Assembly (NCBI RefSeq): GCF_000025685.1
Contig: NC_013967.1
Location: 1,860,001-1,892,000 of the forward strand
Length of the DNA: 32,000 bases
Source of the DNA: Haloferax volcanii DS2
GTDB taxonomy: Archaea; Halobacteriota; Halobacteria; Halobacteriales; Haloferacaceae
Direction: 5' to 3'
Under the pieces are notes generated by a model. The model ran no database searches, was not told the DNA's origin, and saw only the letters and a list, made by a program, of their open reading frames with translations. Shown here one piece after another: positions 18,049-27,286 of the stretch (position 1 is the first letter of the stretch; each line of letters opens with the position of its first letter). A program made the position numbers and the translations under genes.

Positions 18049-19175
18049 GCGACGCTGCGACCGGCGTCCGGTCTCTCGCGGACCGCATCGCCGCCCGGAT
18101 GCTCGACGCCTCGGTGCTCGAACGCGTCGTCATCGCGCTCGTCGCGACCGCGCTCGCGTTGCTCATCGGCGCGGTCATCGTCGCCGCCTCGGGGTACGAC
18201 GCCGTCGAGTTCGTCTCGTCGCTCGTCTACGGCGCGGTCGGGAACGTCTCGAACCTCGCGTTCATGCTCCGGCAGTCGTCGATGCTGATTCTGACGGGCG
18301 TCGCGGTCGCGGTCGCGTTCCGCGCGGGCGTGTTCAACATCGGCGTGCAGGGCCAGTTCGTCGTCGGCGGCTTCGCGGCCACCCTCGGCATCCTGTTCGC
18401 CGCGCCGCTGCTCCCGAATTCGCCGGTCTCCGCGATTCCGCTGTTGGCGCTGGCCACGCTGTTGGCGCTGGCGGCTGGCGGCGCGTACGGGGCGCTCCCG
18501 GGCGTGATGAAGGCGTACGCCGGTGCGAACGAGGTCATCACGACCATCATGCTGAACTTCATCGCCTCGGGTGTCGTCTACTTCCTGCTCGACGCGTATC
18601 TCCGCCCGGAAGGGGCGGCCGCGCCGAACACCGAACAGTTCCCCGACTACGTCGGACTGCCCGGACTCGTCTTCGAGAGCCCGTCGTTTTCGATTCTCGG
18701 ACTCGGCGTGGCGCTCCTGACGGTCGTCGTCGTCTATCTGGTGATGGACCGGACCGGTTTCGGATACGACCTCGTCACGAGCGGCTACCAAGAGCCGGCG
18801 GCCAAATACTCCGGCGTCGACCCCAAGCGGATGATCGTTCGGACGATGACCATCTCCGGGATGATTGCCGGCCTCGCCGGCGCACTGTTTGCGATTATGA
18901 TTCTCGGCTATTACAGCGACCCCAACACGTTCCCCACGTTCGGCTTCGACGCCATCGCCGTGAGCCTCCTCGCGGCGAACAACCCGCTCGGCGTGGTTCC
19001 CGCCGGCCTGCTGTTCGGCGGCCTCGACGCCGGCGGCCAGTACATCGGCTTCACGCTCGACGTGCCGAGCGAACTCGTCGACGGCGTCATCGGCCTCATC
19101 GTCCTGTTCGTCGCCGCGCCGGAACTGTTCCGCGCGGCGGGGCAGCACACCTCGCTCGGAGGTGACCGCGAATGA
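18045..19175 (+). CDS. ABC transporter permease
   Basis: 376 aa polytopic membrane protein. Its start overlaps the upstream stop by 4 nt (translational coupling). Confidence 0.85.
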   Translation: MSDAATGVRSLADRIAARMLDASVLERVVIALVATALALLIGAVIVAASGYDAVEFVSSLVYGAVGNVSNLAFMLRQSSMLILTGVAVAVAFRAGVFNIGVQGQFVVGGFAATLGILFAAPLLPNSPVSAIPLLALATLLALAAGGAYGALPGVMKAYAGANEVITTIMLNFIASGVVYFLLDAYLRPEGAAAPNTEQFPDYVGLPGLVFESPSFSILGLGVALLTVVVVYLVMDRTGFGYDLVTSGYQEPAAKYSGVDPKRMIVRTMTISGMIAGLAGALFAIMILGYYSDPNTFPTFGFDAIAVSLLAANNPLGVVPAGLLFGGLDAGGQYIGFTLDVPSELVDGVIGLIVLFVAAPELFRAAGQHTSLGGDRE

Positions 19176-20227
19176 GCACCGCTCGCGCGCTTCTCGACGA
19201 CCAGCGGACGCTCGTTGGCGCGCTCGTCGCGCTCGTCGCCGTCATCGCGCTTCTGCTTTTCGTCGACCTTCCGGGGTCTGACCTCGTGACGGTCGGCGCG
19301 CTCGAACGCGCCTTGCAGGCGGCGACGCCCATCGCGCTCGCGGCCATCGGCGGCCTGTACGCCGAGAAAAGCGGCGTGTTCAACATCGGGCTGGAGGGGT
19401 TCATGATATTCGGCGCGCTCGTCGGTGCCGCGGTCGCGTGGCTCCTCGCCGGCGACGGGAGTATCACGCAGGCACACCTCTGGGTGGCCTTCGTCGCGGT
19501 CGCGGTCGTCTCCGGCGTGCTGGCGACGCTGTTTGCCGTCCTGTTGATTCGGTACGAGGCCAACCAAATCGTCGCCGGCCTCGCCGTCTGGTTCATCGGC
19601 CTCGGCTTCGGGCCGTTCGCCGCCACCGTGCTGTGGGGCGGCGTCTCCAGCCCGTCGCTCCCGAACATCGATACGATTGCCGTGCCCGTCCTCGCAGAGA
19701 TTCCGGTCCTCGGACGACTGTTCTTCGACGCCTCGCCGCTGGTCTTGCTGACCATCGTGGTCGCCGTCGCGGCGTGGGCCGTCCTGTTCCGGACGCGCTA
19801 CGGCTACTGGGTCCAGGCGGCCGGCGAGAACCCGGAGGCGCTCGACACCGCCGGCATCGACGTCAACCGCGTCCGCTACGCGACCGTCGTCTTCTCGGGC
19901 GTCATGGCCGGCTTGGGCGGCGCGGTCCTGTCAATCGGCATCGGCAGCGGCTTCACCGGCACCGGCGTGACGATGGTCGACGGCCGCGGTTGGATTGCCA
20001 TCGTCGCGTACCTCTTCGGCAACTACAACCCCCTCGGGACGTACGGCGCGTCGCTCCTGTTCGGGGCGATGGACATGCTCCAGATTCAACTGCAAACCAT
20101 CGGCATCTCGCTGCCGGGGAGCATCACCGGGTTGTTCCCCTACGTCGCCGTGCTCGTGGTCCTCGTCGGCGTCGGCTACACGCGCGTGCCGTCGGCGGTC
20201 GGTGAGTCCTACGACACCGAAGAGTAA
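19172..20227 (+). CDS. ABC transporter permease
   Basis: 351 aa polytopic membrane protein with a 4-nt overlap to the preceding permease gene. Confidence 0.85.
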   Translation: MSTARALLDDQRTLVGALVALVAVIALLLFVDLPGSDLVTVGALERALQAATPIALAAIGGLYAEKSGVFNIGLEGFMIFGALVGAAVAWLLAGDGSITQAHLWVAFVAVAVVSGVLATLFAVLLIRYEANQIVAGLAVWFIGLGFGPFAATVLWGGVSSPSLPNIDTIAVPVLAEIPVLGRLFFDASPLVLLTIVVAVAAWAVLFRTRYGYWVQAAGENPEALDTAGIDVNRVRYATVVFSGVMAGLGGAVLSIGIGSGFTGTGVTMVDGRGWIAIVAYLFGNYNPLGTYGASLLFGAMDMLQIQLQTIGISLPGSITGLFPYVAVLVVLVGVGYTRVPSAVGESYDTEE

Positions 20228-20342
20228 GGCACGGCACACTCCCCCTTTCGGCCCCGTTCGCGCCGCTCGACCGACCTGCGGTGGCCGCAGGGCTGTCACC
20301 AACGCATACATTCAACTACCGTTCGTCTCGAAAGACAGGCTA

Positions 20343-21461
20343 GTGACTGTCGACGAACCAACCGTCCGCGAACGACTGAAAACGTTCGGCTTCTCCGACA
20401 AAGAGGCCGACACCTACATCGCGCTCTTGGGACAGGGCGAGGCCAAGGCGAGCGAACTCGCCCAGCACGCCGGCGTGTCCAAGCGCTACGTCTACAACGT
20501 CCTCGGGAGCTTCGAGGACCGCGGGCTCGTCGAGGTCAACGACCACGAGACGCCGACGACGATTCGCGCCGTCGACCCCGCGGTCGTCATCAGACGGCTC
20601 TCCGACCAGTTGTCCTCGCTCGAAACGCAGCTCGAATCCATCCACAACCCCGACCCCGGCGAGGACAGACGCTACGAGGTCATCAAGTCAAAATCCACCG
20701 TGAAAAAGCGCATCGCGTCGCTGGTTCGACAGGCCGAAAACGAGGTCAACGTGTCGGTGCCGGCGTCGCTGCTGCCGGACCTCGCACCCGAATTGGAGGC
20801 CGCCGTCGACCGGAGGGTGCTCACGCTCGTCCTCGCCAACGGCCACGGCGACGAGGCCGTCTCGGAGTCGACGCTGAAGGGACTCGGCAGCGTCGTCCGC
20901 TACTGGGCCGACGGCGGCCCGATGCTCGTCTGCGTCGACCGGCGACACGGGCTGTTCTCCCCGCCGGAGTTCGTCATGGGGCGGGGGTCGGACCACCAGG
21001 CGATTAGCTTCACCGAAGACCGCCTCTCCCCCGCGCTCGTGGGGTCGTTTCTCGGAAACTACTGGCCGCTCGCCGAGGAGATTCACCTCCACGAACCGGA
21101 CGAGCTTCCGGCGACGTACGACCGCTTCCGACACGCGATTTTCGCGGCGACCCGCTATCTGAAACGCGGCTACACGCTCGTCGCGGAAATCGAACTCAGA
21201 CCGGCGGACTCGAACGAGGCGTTCGAAACCCGGTTCGGGACGATTACCGACGTCACCCAGGGGCTCGTGAAACCGACGACGAACTCGATTCCCATCGAGA
21301 ACGCGTTCCTCATCGACGACGGCACCGAACAGCTGAGCGTCGGCGGCCCCGGTGCGATCGTCGAACCCTACGAGGCCAGACGCGTGACGCTCGACGTCGT
21401 CGAATCGTCCGGCCAGTCGGTCCCGGAACTCATCGCTCGCTCGGACGCGCTCAACCGATGA
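20343..21461 (+). CDS. TrmB-family transcriptional regulator
   Basis: The N-terminal winged HTH (LKTFGFSDKEADTYIALLGQGEAKASELAQHAGVSKRYVYNVLGSFEDRGLVEV) plus a long C-terminal effector-type domain match the family. Start set at GTG 20343. The track ORF extension back to 19995 overlaps the permease and is R/S/P-rich. Confidence 0.75.
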   Translation: MTVDEPTVRERLKTFGFSDKEADTYIALLGQGEAKASELAQHAGVSKRYVYNVLGSFEDRGLVEVNDHETPTTIRAVDPAVVIRRLSDQLSSLETQLESIHNPDPGEDRRYEVIKSKSTVKKRIASLVRQAENEVNVSVPASLLPDLAPELEAAVDRRVLTLVLANGHGDEAVSESTLKGLGSVVRYWADGGPMLVCVDRRHGLFSPPEFVMGRGSDHQAISFTEDRLSPALVGSFLGNYWPLAEEIHLHEPDELPATYDRFRHAIFAATRYLKRGYTLVAEIELRPADSNEAFETRFGTITDVTQGLVKPTTNSIPIENAFLIDDGTEQLSVGGPGAIVEPYEARRVTLDVVESSGQSVPELIARSDALNR

Positions 21462-21528
21462 CGGTCGCCGTCCGCCGCGTTCTCCGCCAGTAAGCCGAAT
21501 TTACAAGCGCTCTCCCCGAACTCCGCGT

Positions 21529-21720
21529 ATGGTCTGCGACCCGCTTTTGACTGTCGAGATGAAGACGACGCTCGCGTTCATGTTCCTCGGGCTCACGTCG
21601 TGGTACTTGGCGCAGCGATATCTGAACGACGGGTTCGTCGAACTCGTCGCGCTGTTCGGCGTGGGGGTCGTGCTTCCCACGCTGATCAACGAACTGCGTC
21701 AGCGGTCGCGGACGGAGTGA
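21529..21720 (+). CDS. small two-helix membrane protein
   Basis: High GC3 with two hydrophobic helices. The start could instead be ATG 21559 (MKTTLAFMF...). Confidence 0.45.
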   Translation: MVCDPLLTVEMKTTLAFMFLGLTSWYLAQRYLNDGFVELVALFGVGVVLPTLINELRQRSRTE

Positions 21721-22055
21721 GTCGCGTCTGAAAATATCCGAATAATGATAAAATGCCTCACACACGGACACAAACACCGATTCGTGAGCGTGACGTAATT
21801 AGCAGAAATCATATATTTACATAGATAGGTGTCGAAAACGAACGCGTTGCATCTCAAGCGTACGCCTGAACTATCGGTTTTTATTACAGAAAAAGTTAAA
21901 TTCGGTATGCAGATCTAGCTATATAGATTTTATCAGATTCAAATAACGAATCGTACATGAATTCGAACACCCCGACTCACTGCTCTCGGCGTTTCGCCGC
22001 CGAGAAACTGTCTGTTCCCGGTTAGTTAAACGGAGATGTCCGCGTGCGTTGCGGT

Positions 22056-22382
22056 CTATCCCCACTCCAGGTTCAACGTGGCCGCCCGGTTTGCGAACTC
22101 CTCGTCGTCGATTTCGCCGCGCGCGTACTGCGTCCGGAGGTCCTGCATGGCGCTGTCGGCTTCCTTCGGTGGCGTCGTCTCGGTACTCGCCGCCCGGACG
22201 CGACTGACGTACACGAGGCTCACTCCTGCGAGTGCGAGAAGCAGGAGGACTCCGGCCGCGAGCCACCACAGCCCCATGCCGCCGGTGGCTGTCGCGCCCC
22301 CCGCAGCGACCCCGTGGCCGCCGTGGGGACCCATCGGCCCGTGTCCACCCCACTGGAGTACGACGGTCGCCATTTCGCTCAT
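22056..22382 (-). CDS. SHOCT-domain membrane protein
   Basis: Gly/His-rich N-terminus, one TM helix, and the C-terminal motif LRTQYARGEIDDEEFANR typical of SHOCT. Start set at ATG 22382, preceded by AGAGGTGA. Confidence 0.65.
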   Translation of the reverse strand: MSEMATVVLQWGGHGPMGPHGGHGVAAGGATATGGMGLWWLAAGVLLLLALAGVSLVYVSRVRAASTETTPPKEADSAMQDLRTQYARGEIDDEEFANRAATLNLEWG

Positions 22383-22529
22383 CTTTCTCACCTCTATGTA
22401 GTAGTTCACTCACGGACCGTATCAACTCACGCCGTGATTATCGCTCGCTGGGAACGCCCCCGTCCGGCCGTCCGAATCGCTGTCGAACAGGCACCTCCCG
22501 TCGCGACCTCCCGTTTCGTGCGCTGTGAA

Positions 22530-22706
22530 TCAGCCGTCGACGACGTTCTCAAGGACGACCGCTCCGGCGAGGTACACCGGAAGCAGATACAGAATCGCCA
22601 TCACGGGGAGCACGATGAACATCGGCGTGTGGCCGTCGCCCGTCTCGTACACCTGTGCGGCCAACAGAACGACTATCAATCCGAGGAACAGGTCCGTCCG
22701 GTCCAT
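22530..22706 (-). CDS. possible 58-aa two-helix membrane peptide (weak call)
   Basis: Hand-translated ATG ORF: MDRTDLFLGLIVVLLAAQVYETGDGHTPMFIVLPVMAILYLLPVYLAGAVVLENVVDG. Below the track cut-off. Confidence 0.35.
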   Translation of the reverse strand: MDRTDLFLGLIVVLLAAQVYETGDGHTPMFIVLPVMAILYLLPVYLAGAVVLENVVDG

Positions 22707-22816
22707 GTGTACCCGTGGGCGAGCAGTCTGTTAGTTGTGGTGTGTCCGAGACCGCTGTGTTCCGAGACACGCGTCAAACAGCAAGTCTAGACTTCGTTCG
22801 AGGGATGAGCGAGTCG

Positions 22817-23134
22817 TTATCGGGACATTCGAATTTGCAGATATATTCCACTGAAAAAGCAGACCATTGACACAAGCAACAGACCGCCGCTCAGCACGTC
22901 TCGAAGGCCGCCAGACACGCCCGGGTTCGTCACCAGTCCGAAGGCACCTTCGAACACGACCGACTGACTGACCAGCGCCAACCCTCCAATCGACATCAAT
23001 AGGTGTGGCACGCGTGCGCTCGCCTCTGAACTCATGTTGCGAGGGTCACAGGCGTCGCTCATGAACGCTGCGTATTCTTTCGTCGTTTGGTGAATGCCTC
23101 CGTCGCGCAGTGTTGCGACGAGGCTATCCACCAC
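22817..23134 (-). CDS. hypothetical membrane protein
   Basis: 105 aa with two hydrophobic segments. Begins 12 nt after the stop of the upstream binding-protein gene. A later internal start is possible. Confidence 0.4.
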   Translation of the reverse strand: MVDSLVATLRDGGIHQTTKEYAAFMSDACDPRNMSSEASARVPHLLMSIGGLALVSQSVVFEGAFGLVTNPGVSGGLRDVLSGGLLLVSMVCFFSGIYLQIRMSR

Positions 23135-23146
23135 CTCGGCGTTCGA

Positions 23147-24325
23147 CTACGGTTGCAAGTCCCCGTTGATGATGTCAGCCACGCGCTGTCGGTCGAACAG
23201 TCGCTCGGCTTCCGGAACGTCGGGATACGGGCCGCCTTCGTAGGTCGGCCACGCGCCGAACTGCTCGGGATACAACTGCTTGGCGATCATCTCCAACTGG
23301 AACAGGTTCATGAGGGGGCCGCCGTAGCGAACTCCAATCGGGAAGACGCGGTCGTTTGCGACCGCCGAGAGGCCCTGCGCAGTCGGCTCGTCGTACAGTT
23401 CCTGTTTGGTCGTCGTCCAGTCCGGGCCGAGGCCACCGTCGACGAGGACGACGTCCGGGTCGGCTTCGACGAGCGCTTCCATGTCGATTTGCGTCCCGCT
23501 CGGCACGTCGGCGAGTGCGTCTTCGGCGTCGAACACGCGCGTGTGGGCCCGGACCGTCCCGGGGCCGTTGAGTGGGTACACCCAGATGCCGCCTCGCCAC
23601 AGGAACCGCGCCGTCGACGGCCGCGCCTCCGTCTCTTCGAGGCCGGCCGTAATCGTCGATATGAGGTCTCCGTGGATTTCCGCCAGCGCCTCGTACCGCG
23701 CTCGAGCCTGGAACACCGCCGCTACCCGCTCGAAGATCTCCCAGAGCGTGTGATACCGGTACTGGTCCGCCCACCTCGCCGGCGGCTCGCTGTGGTTTCG
23801 GCTCAGCGAGTTCCCGAACCACGGGGCGACTTCCGTCCGAATCTCCGCAACGTCGTCGGGCTCCCACGCCTTCATCGTCGCCATCAACGCCGGGTCTTCG
23901 AGATGGATATCGCTGTCGAGTTCGTAGAGCTCCTCCTTGTCGGGATTCCAGGTATCCACCAGCCCGGACCAATCGACCGAGACGCCGGGGAGTCGCTCGA
24001 ATAGCAGGTCGTACAACTGCCCGAACCCCTCCGGGTTGTACATCCCGTTGAGCGACTCGCCCTGCCCGAGTGCGACCGCCATATCTGCGTGGTGAAGCAG
24101 GACGGTAAACACGTTCTCCGGGGGCTCGGTGAACTCCACACGACCGGCCGGCGAGAGGGTGGCTGCGTAACGCTCGTCGTCCGTTGGTGTCGCCGTCGTG
24201 TTCGCTTCGGTTGTCGGTGGGTCGGACGCCGACTGTCCGCCACAGCCGGCGAGTGCGGCCGTCGCTGCCGCAGCCCCGTACTTCACGTAATCCCGTCGCG
24301 TGAGTCGTTTGTACTTGTTCACCAT
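23147..24325 (-). CDS. periplasmic-binding-protein-type (Fe-siderophore/cobalamin class) ABC substrate-binding lipoprotein, orphan
   Basis: Tat signal plus lipobox (RLTRRDYVKYGAAAATAALAGCGG), a Thr-rich linker, and a body with the PDVVLV... pattern of class III binding proteins. No permease or ATPase gene is adjacent. Confidence 0.75.
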   Translation of the reverse strand: MVNKYKRLTRRDYVKYGAAAATAALAGCGGQSASDPPTTEANTTATPTDDERYAATLSPAGRVEFTEPPENVFTVLLHHADMAVALGQGESLNGMYNPEGFGQLYDLLFERLPGVSVDWSGLVDTWNPDKEELYELDSDIHLEDPALMATMKAWEPDDVAEIRTEVAPWFGNSLSRNHSEPPARWADQYRYHTLWEIFERVAAVFQARARYEALAEIHGDLISTITAGLEETEARPSTARFLWRGGIWVYPLNGPGTVRAHTRVFDAEDALADVPSGTQIDMEALVEADPDVVLVDGGLGPDWTTTKQELYDEPTAQGLSAVANDRVFPIGVRYGGPLMNLFQLEMIAKQLYPEQFGAWPTYEGGPYPDVPEAERLFDRQRVADIINGDLQP

Positions 24326-24327
24326 GA

Positions 24328-24345
24328 TTTTAGGCTAGCCTAAAA
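24328..24345. promoter_or_regulatory. perfect 18-bp palindrome TTTTAGGCTAGCCTAAAA (operator candidate)
   Basis: Begins 2 nt upstream of the binding-protein ATG, between a weak TATA-like GTTATC and the start codon. Confidence 0.5.
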
Positions 24346-24362
24346 CCAGATAACGGCTTCGA

Positions 24363-24380
24363 TTTTTAGGCAAGCCAAAA
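24363..24380. promoter_or_regulatory. second, imperfect copy TTTTTAGGCAAGCCAAAA
   Basis: Lies 17 nt beyond the first palindrome. It shares TTTTAGGC and AGCC-AAAA with it. Confidence 0.35.
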
Positions 24381-24633
24381 CACGGTGCGCTGTCGAAGTG
24401 TTTACTCTGGTTGGCCGGAGTCTCAGCATTCTGTGTGGGTTTGGTAGCGCCACGCTGTGGCACCGATACGGCTGTTATACCTCACACCGGGCGACCGTCG
24501 GTTCCCTCGGTCGTCCCCCTCGAACGCGTCCCACGTCGCGTTCACACTCCGCTTCGGCGTGAACGACGCCGTGCAGCGACAGTCGCCTGCGGGGAGACGG
24601 TTACCCAGTAGAGACTGAATCCCAAGCGGGGAG

Positions 24634-25161
24634 TTACTCCGTTCGCCCGCCGGTCTCTTCTATCGCCTTCGGCCGTAGAACCATTACGAGGCCCAGCATT
24701 GCGACAACAATCGCGCTGCCGATGTCCTCGCCAGTGAACACGGTGAGCTCTAAGCCGGCCATCAGTAGTGCGACGACACAGAGGAGCGCGCCGAACCATC
24801 TCGTCGACACCGAAATCCACGGTGAGACGATGAACGCAGTAGCGAGCACCCCCAACGCAGCAAACGCCGCGATAGTCCCGCGGTCAGCGAACGCGCTCGG
24901 CGCAACAAGCAGTGTGAGACCGGCGACGAGTCCGCCAACGAACAACAACAGCACTCCACCGGCTTGCTCATCGAGCCGATGTGAGACGAACCGATAACCG
25001 AACAACAGCGCCAGTATCGTCACCCCACCGAACGCCCGAACCACGTCGGCTGAAGTCGTCGCGTCAACGAGGTTCCGAAGCAGTAGCCCCACGAGAATGA
25101 GCGCAATCGCGATCGCTCCGGCGGTCTCTGCCAAATCGAAGTCCCAGCGTGTCCGTCCCAC
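24634..25161 (-). CDS. polytopic membrane protein, hypothetical
   Basis: 175 aa with about 5 TM helices and high GC3. Confidence 0.65.
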   Translation of the reverse strand: MGRTRWDFDLAETAGAIAIALILVGLLLRNLVDATTSADVVRAFGGVTILALLFGYRFVSHRLDEQAGGVLLLFVGGLVAGLTLLVAPSAFADRGTIAAFAALGVLATAFIVSPWISVSTRWFGALLCVVALLMAGLELTVFTGEDIGSAIVVAMLGLVMVLRPKAIEETGGRTE

Positions 25162-25449
25162 AGTCGAACGAGCGAGAGTGGCTACTTAGTACCGGGAGTG
25201 TCGGCCCGCTGGCGTAGCTATGCGGACTTCACCGTCGTACGGACCGGGGCGTACGGTTCACGGTGCACGCGCAGTACGTCTATCCACGTGCAGTCGGTCC
25301 GGCTCTCCTCGCGGAACCGTATCGCTCAAAGCGTGGTGCGGGTCGCGCGGTGACGCAACCGACCCAGCGCCGACGGACACGAGACGAACCCACGCAGATT
25401 GCACCACCGCGGGCGATACGTTCTTGTCACTCGGTGAGAGCTTCGATGT

Positions 25450-26370
25450 ATGGACGGCAAACGAGTCCTCGTTACTGGCGGTGCCGGATTCATCGGCTCG
25501 AATCTCGCGAACCATCTCGCCGAAGACAACGACGTGATTGCGATTGACGACCTCTATCTCGGAACGCCCGAGAATCTGGATGACGCCGTGGAGTTCCACG
25601 ACACGACGGTCCTCGACGACGACCTCCCGACCGAGGGCGTCGACGTGGTATTCCACCTGGCGGCGCTGTCGTCGTACAAGATGCACGAGGAGAACCCGAC
25701 GAAGGGTGCCCGCGTCAACATCGAAGGCTTCGTCAACACGGTCGAACAGGCTCGCAAGGACGGCTGCGATACCGTGGTGTACGCGACGACATCGTCGATT
25801 TACGGGTCGCGAACCGAGCCCTCGCCCGAGGATATGCCCGTCGAGTCCCGGACGGGCTACGAGGCGTCGAAACTGGGCCGCGAGCGCTACGCGGAGTACT
25901 TCCACCACCACTACGATATGCAGTTGGCCGGGATGCGCTTTTTCTCGGTGTACCAGGGCTTCGGCGGCGCGGAAGAACACAAAGGGGAGTTCGCGAATAC
26001 GGTCGCGCAGTTCACCGACAAAATCGCGAACGGCGAGTCGCCGGAGCTGTTCGGCGACGGCACTCAGACCCGCGATTTCACCCACGTCGACGATATCGTC
26101 CGCGGGCTGGAGCTCGCGGCTGACGAGCGGTTGCAGGGTATCTACAACTTGGGGACCGGCGAGAGCTACTCGTTCAACGAGATGGTCGAGATGATAAACG
26201 AGGTGCTCGGGACGGACGTCGGCCCCGTGTACGTCGAAAACCCCTTCGAGGTGTACGTCCACGACACGAAAGCCGACTACTCGAAGATACACGACGCGAC
26301 CGGGTGGGAGCCCCAGGTGTCGTTCGAAGCGGGTGTCGAACGAGTCTGTCAGCCGTATCTCGACGGCTAA
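25450..26370 (+). CDS. NAD-dependent sugar epimerase/dehydratase (UDP-glucose 4-epimerase-like SDR)
   Basis: Rossmann motif VLVTGGAGFIGSNL and catalytic YEASK (YxxxK). 306 aa. Confidence 0.9.
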   Translation: MDGKRVLVTGGAGFIGSNLANHLAEDNDVIAIDDLYLGTPENLDDAVEFHDTTVLDDDLPTEGVDVVFHLAALSSYKMHEENPTKGARVNIEGFVNTVEQARKDGCDTVVYATTSSIYGSRTEPSPEDMPVESRTGYEASKLGRERYAEYFHHHYDMQLAGMRFFSVYQGFGGAEEHKGEFANTVAQFTDKIANGESPELFGDGTQTRDFTHVDDIVRGLELAADERLQGIYNLGTGESYSFNEMVEMINEVLGTDVGPVYVENPFEVYVHDTKADYSKIHDATGWEPQVSFEAGVERVCQPYLDG

Positions 26371-26683
26371 CGCGCACCTCTCACGGGTGTGTTTCGACCG
26401 AGGGGTTGCGTTCACTCTCCGACGCGTGGGGTCGACAGTCGAACCCCCTGGACGGGTCACGCGTCAAACTGCGGTTGTCGCCCGACACGGCGTCGTCGAC
26501 GCTTCCGGAGACTGCCCCTCCGAGAACGTGTTCGAGAACGATTGACCTCCGTTTCACTTGGCGTTCGTCATTCGATTGCGCCCCCTATCTCGGCACAGTT
26601 CCGACCACACGCTCCCCGAGGGGTCCAACAGAGCCATCGCAGTGTGAAGCACTTTGGCGGTGGAGTCCCTCCGTTCTCGAGCG

Positions 26684-27007
26684 ATGGGTCGAACGGTTTC
26701 ACTCTCCGGGACGTGGTTCAGCTATCTGCTGTACGCGTTCCAACTGACTGCGCTCGCGTTGGTGCTCGTGTTCGTCGTGCCCGCGCTCCAGTACCCGGTC
26801 AATCTCTTCTTGGGCGGACTGTTCGCCGCGGTCGTCTTCGCGTCGGGAGTCGCGCTGTGGCGGCGCGCGACCGGACGGGAGGAAGGAAGTCGGCTCGGAA
26901 CCGCCGAAGACATCACCTACGACCCGTTTGCGGACCCCGGGCAGGCCGCCCGCGACCGGTGGGAACGGGCCGTTCGACGGCTTCCCGGTTCGGACGACGA
27001 GGAGTGA
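26684..27007 (+). CDS. hypothetical two-helix membrane protein
   Basis: MGRTVSLSGTWFSYLLYAFQLTALALVLVFVV... with an acidic C-terminus. ATG 26684 preferred over the TTG at 26654. Confidence 0.55.
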   Translation: MGRTVSLSGTWFSYLLYAFQLTALALVLVFVVPALQYPVNLFLGGLFAAVVFASGVALWRRATGREEGSRLGTAEDITYDPFADPGQAARDRWERAVRRLPGSDDEE

Positions 27008-27141
27008 ACTCCCGAAGGTGTGAGGGCGGTCGGTGGCTCACGAACGACCTCCTCCGTCGGTCTGCCGCCTCCACCGAGTGATACGAACGAACTGCTCCAT
27101 CGTTCCCGCAGCCAGAGCACCGACGACCGAGCGAATCCGCT

Positions 27142-27286
27142 GTTCGACGGCGACGACTCGAATCCGGTCGCGCTCGACGACGCGGTCACACCGATGCGAC
27201 GGACACAATCACTAACTCAATTGACGTTGGATACTGTTAGCTGTGTTCCCAATCTCACACCTGTGGTCCGGCGTGTCCCTCCAAAC
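27142..27286 (+). repeat. left copy of imperfect direct repeat flanking the orc1 module
   Basis: Shares three blocks with 30079-30197: the 11-mer GTTCGACGGCG, a 38-nt block (27181-27217, 32 of 38 identical including ACGGACACAATCA and CTAACT), and a 19-nt block GTGGTCYGGCGTGTCSCTC (27263-27281, 17 of 19). Inter-block spacing is 45 nt here versus 44 nt on the right. Confidence 0.7.

Noticed and set aside
762-19148. Many long alternative-frame or antisense ORFs in GC-rich genes (e.g. 762..1850, 3065..4165, 8760..9869, 12733..14214, 16306..17820, 17889..19148, 25258..26460)
   Set aside because: They are Arg/Pro/Gly/Ala-rich shadow ORFs, typical of high-GC DNA. Each overlaps a gene whose frame has recognisable domains and acidic composition.
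19995-20342. Upstream extension of the TrmB-family ORF overlapping the permease gene
   Set aside because: It is an alternative frame of the permease 3-prime end (R/S/P-rich). The winged-helix domain begins right after the GTG at 20343.
21451-21777. 108-aa minus-strand ORF antisense to the small membrane gene
   Set aside because: The composition is basic and Arg-rich. The plus-strand frame has high GC3 and two clean TM helices.
24328-24345. Calling the palindrome a bona fide DtxR/IdeR iron box
   Set aside because: Only the left 14 nt resemble the bacterial 19-bp consensus, and the symmetry centre differs. It is kept as an operator candidate with an unknown regulator.
27001-27060. Possible extra degenerate ORB (GAAGGTGTGAGGGCGGTCGGTGG) at the end of the 26684-27007 gene
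   Set aside because: It lacks the ACAGATGAAG core and overlaps a coding 3-prime end. The G-rich similarity alone is not convincing.
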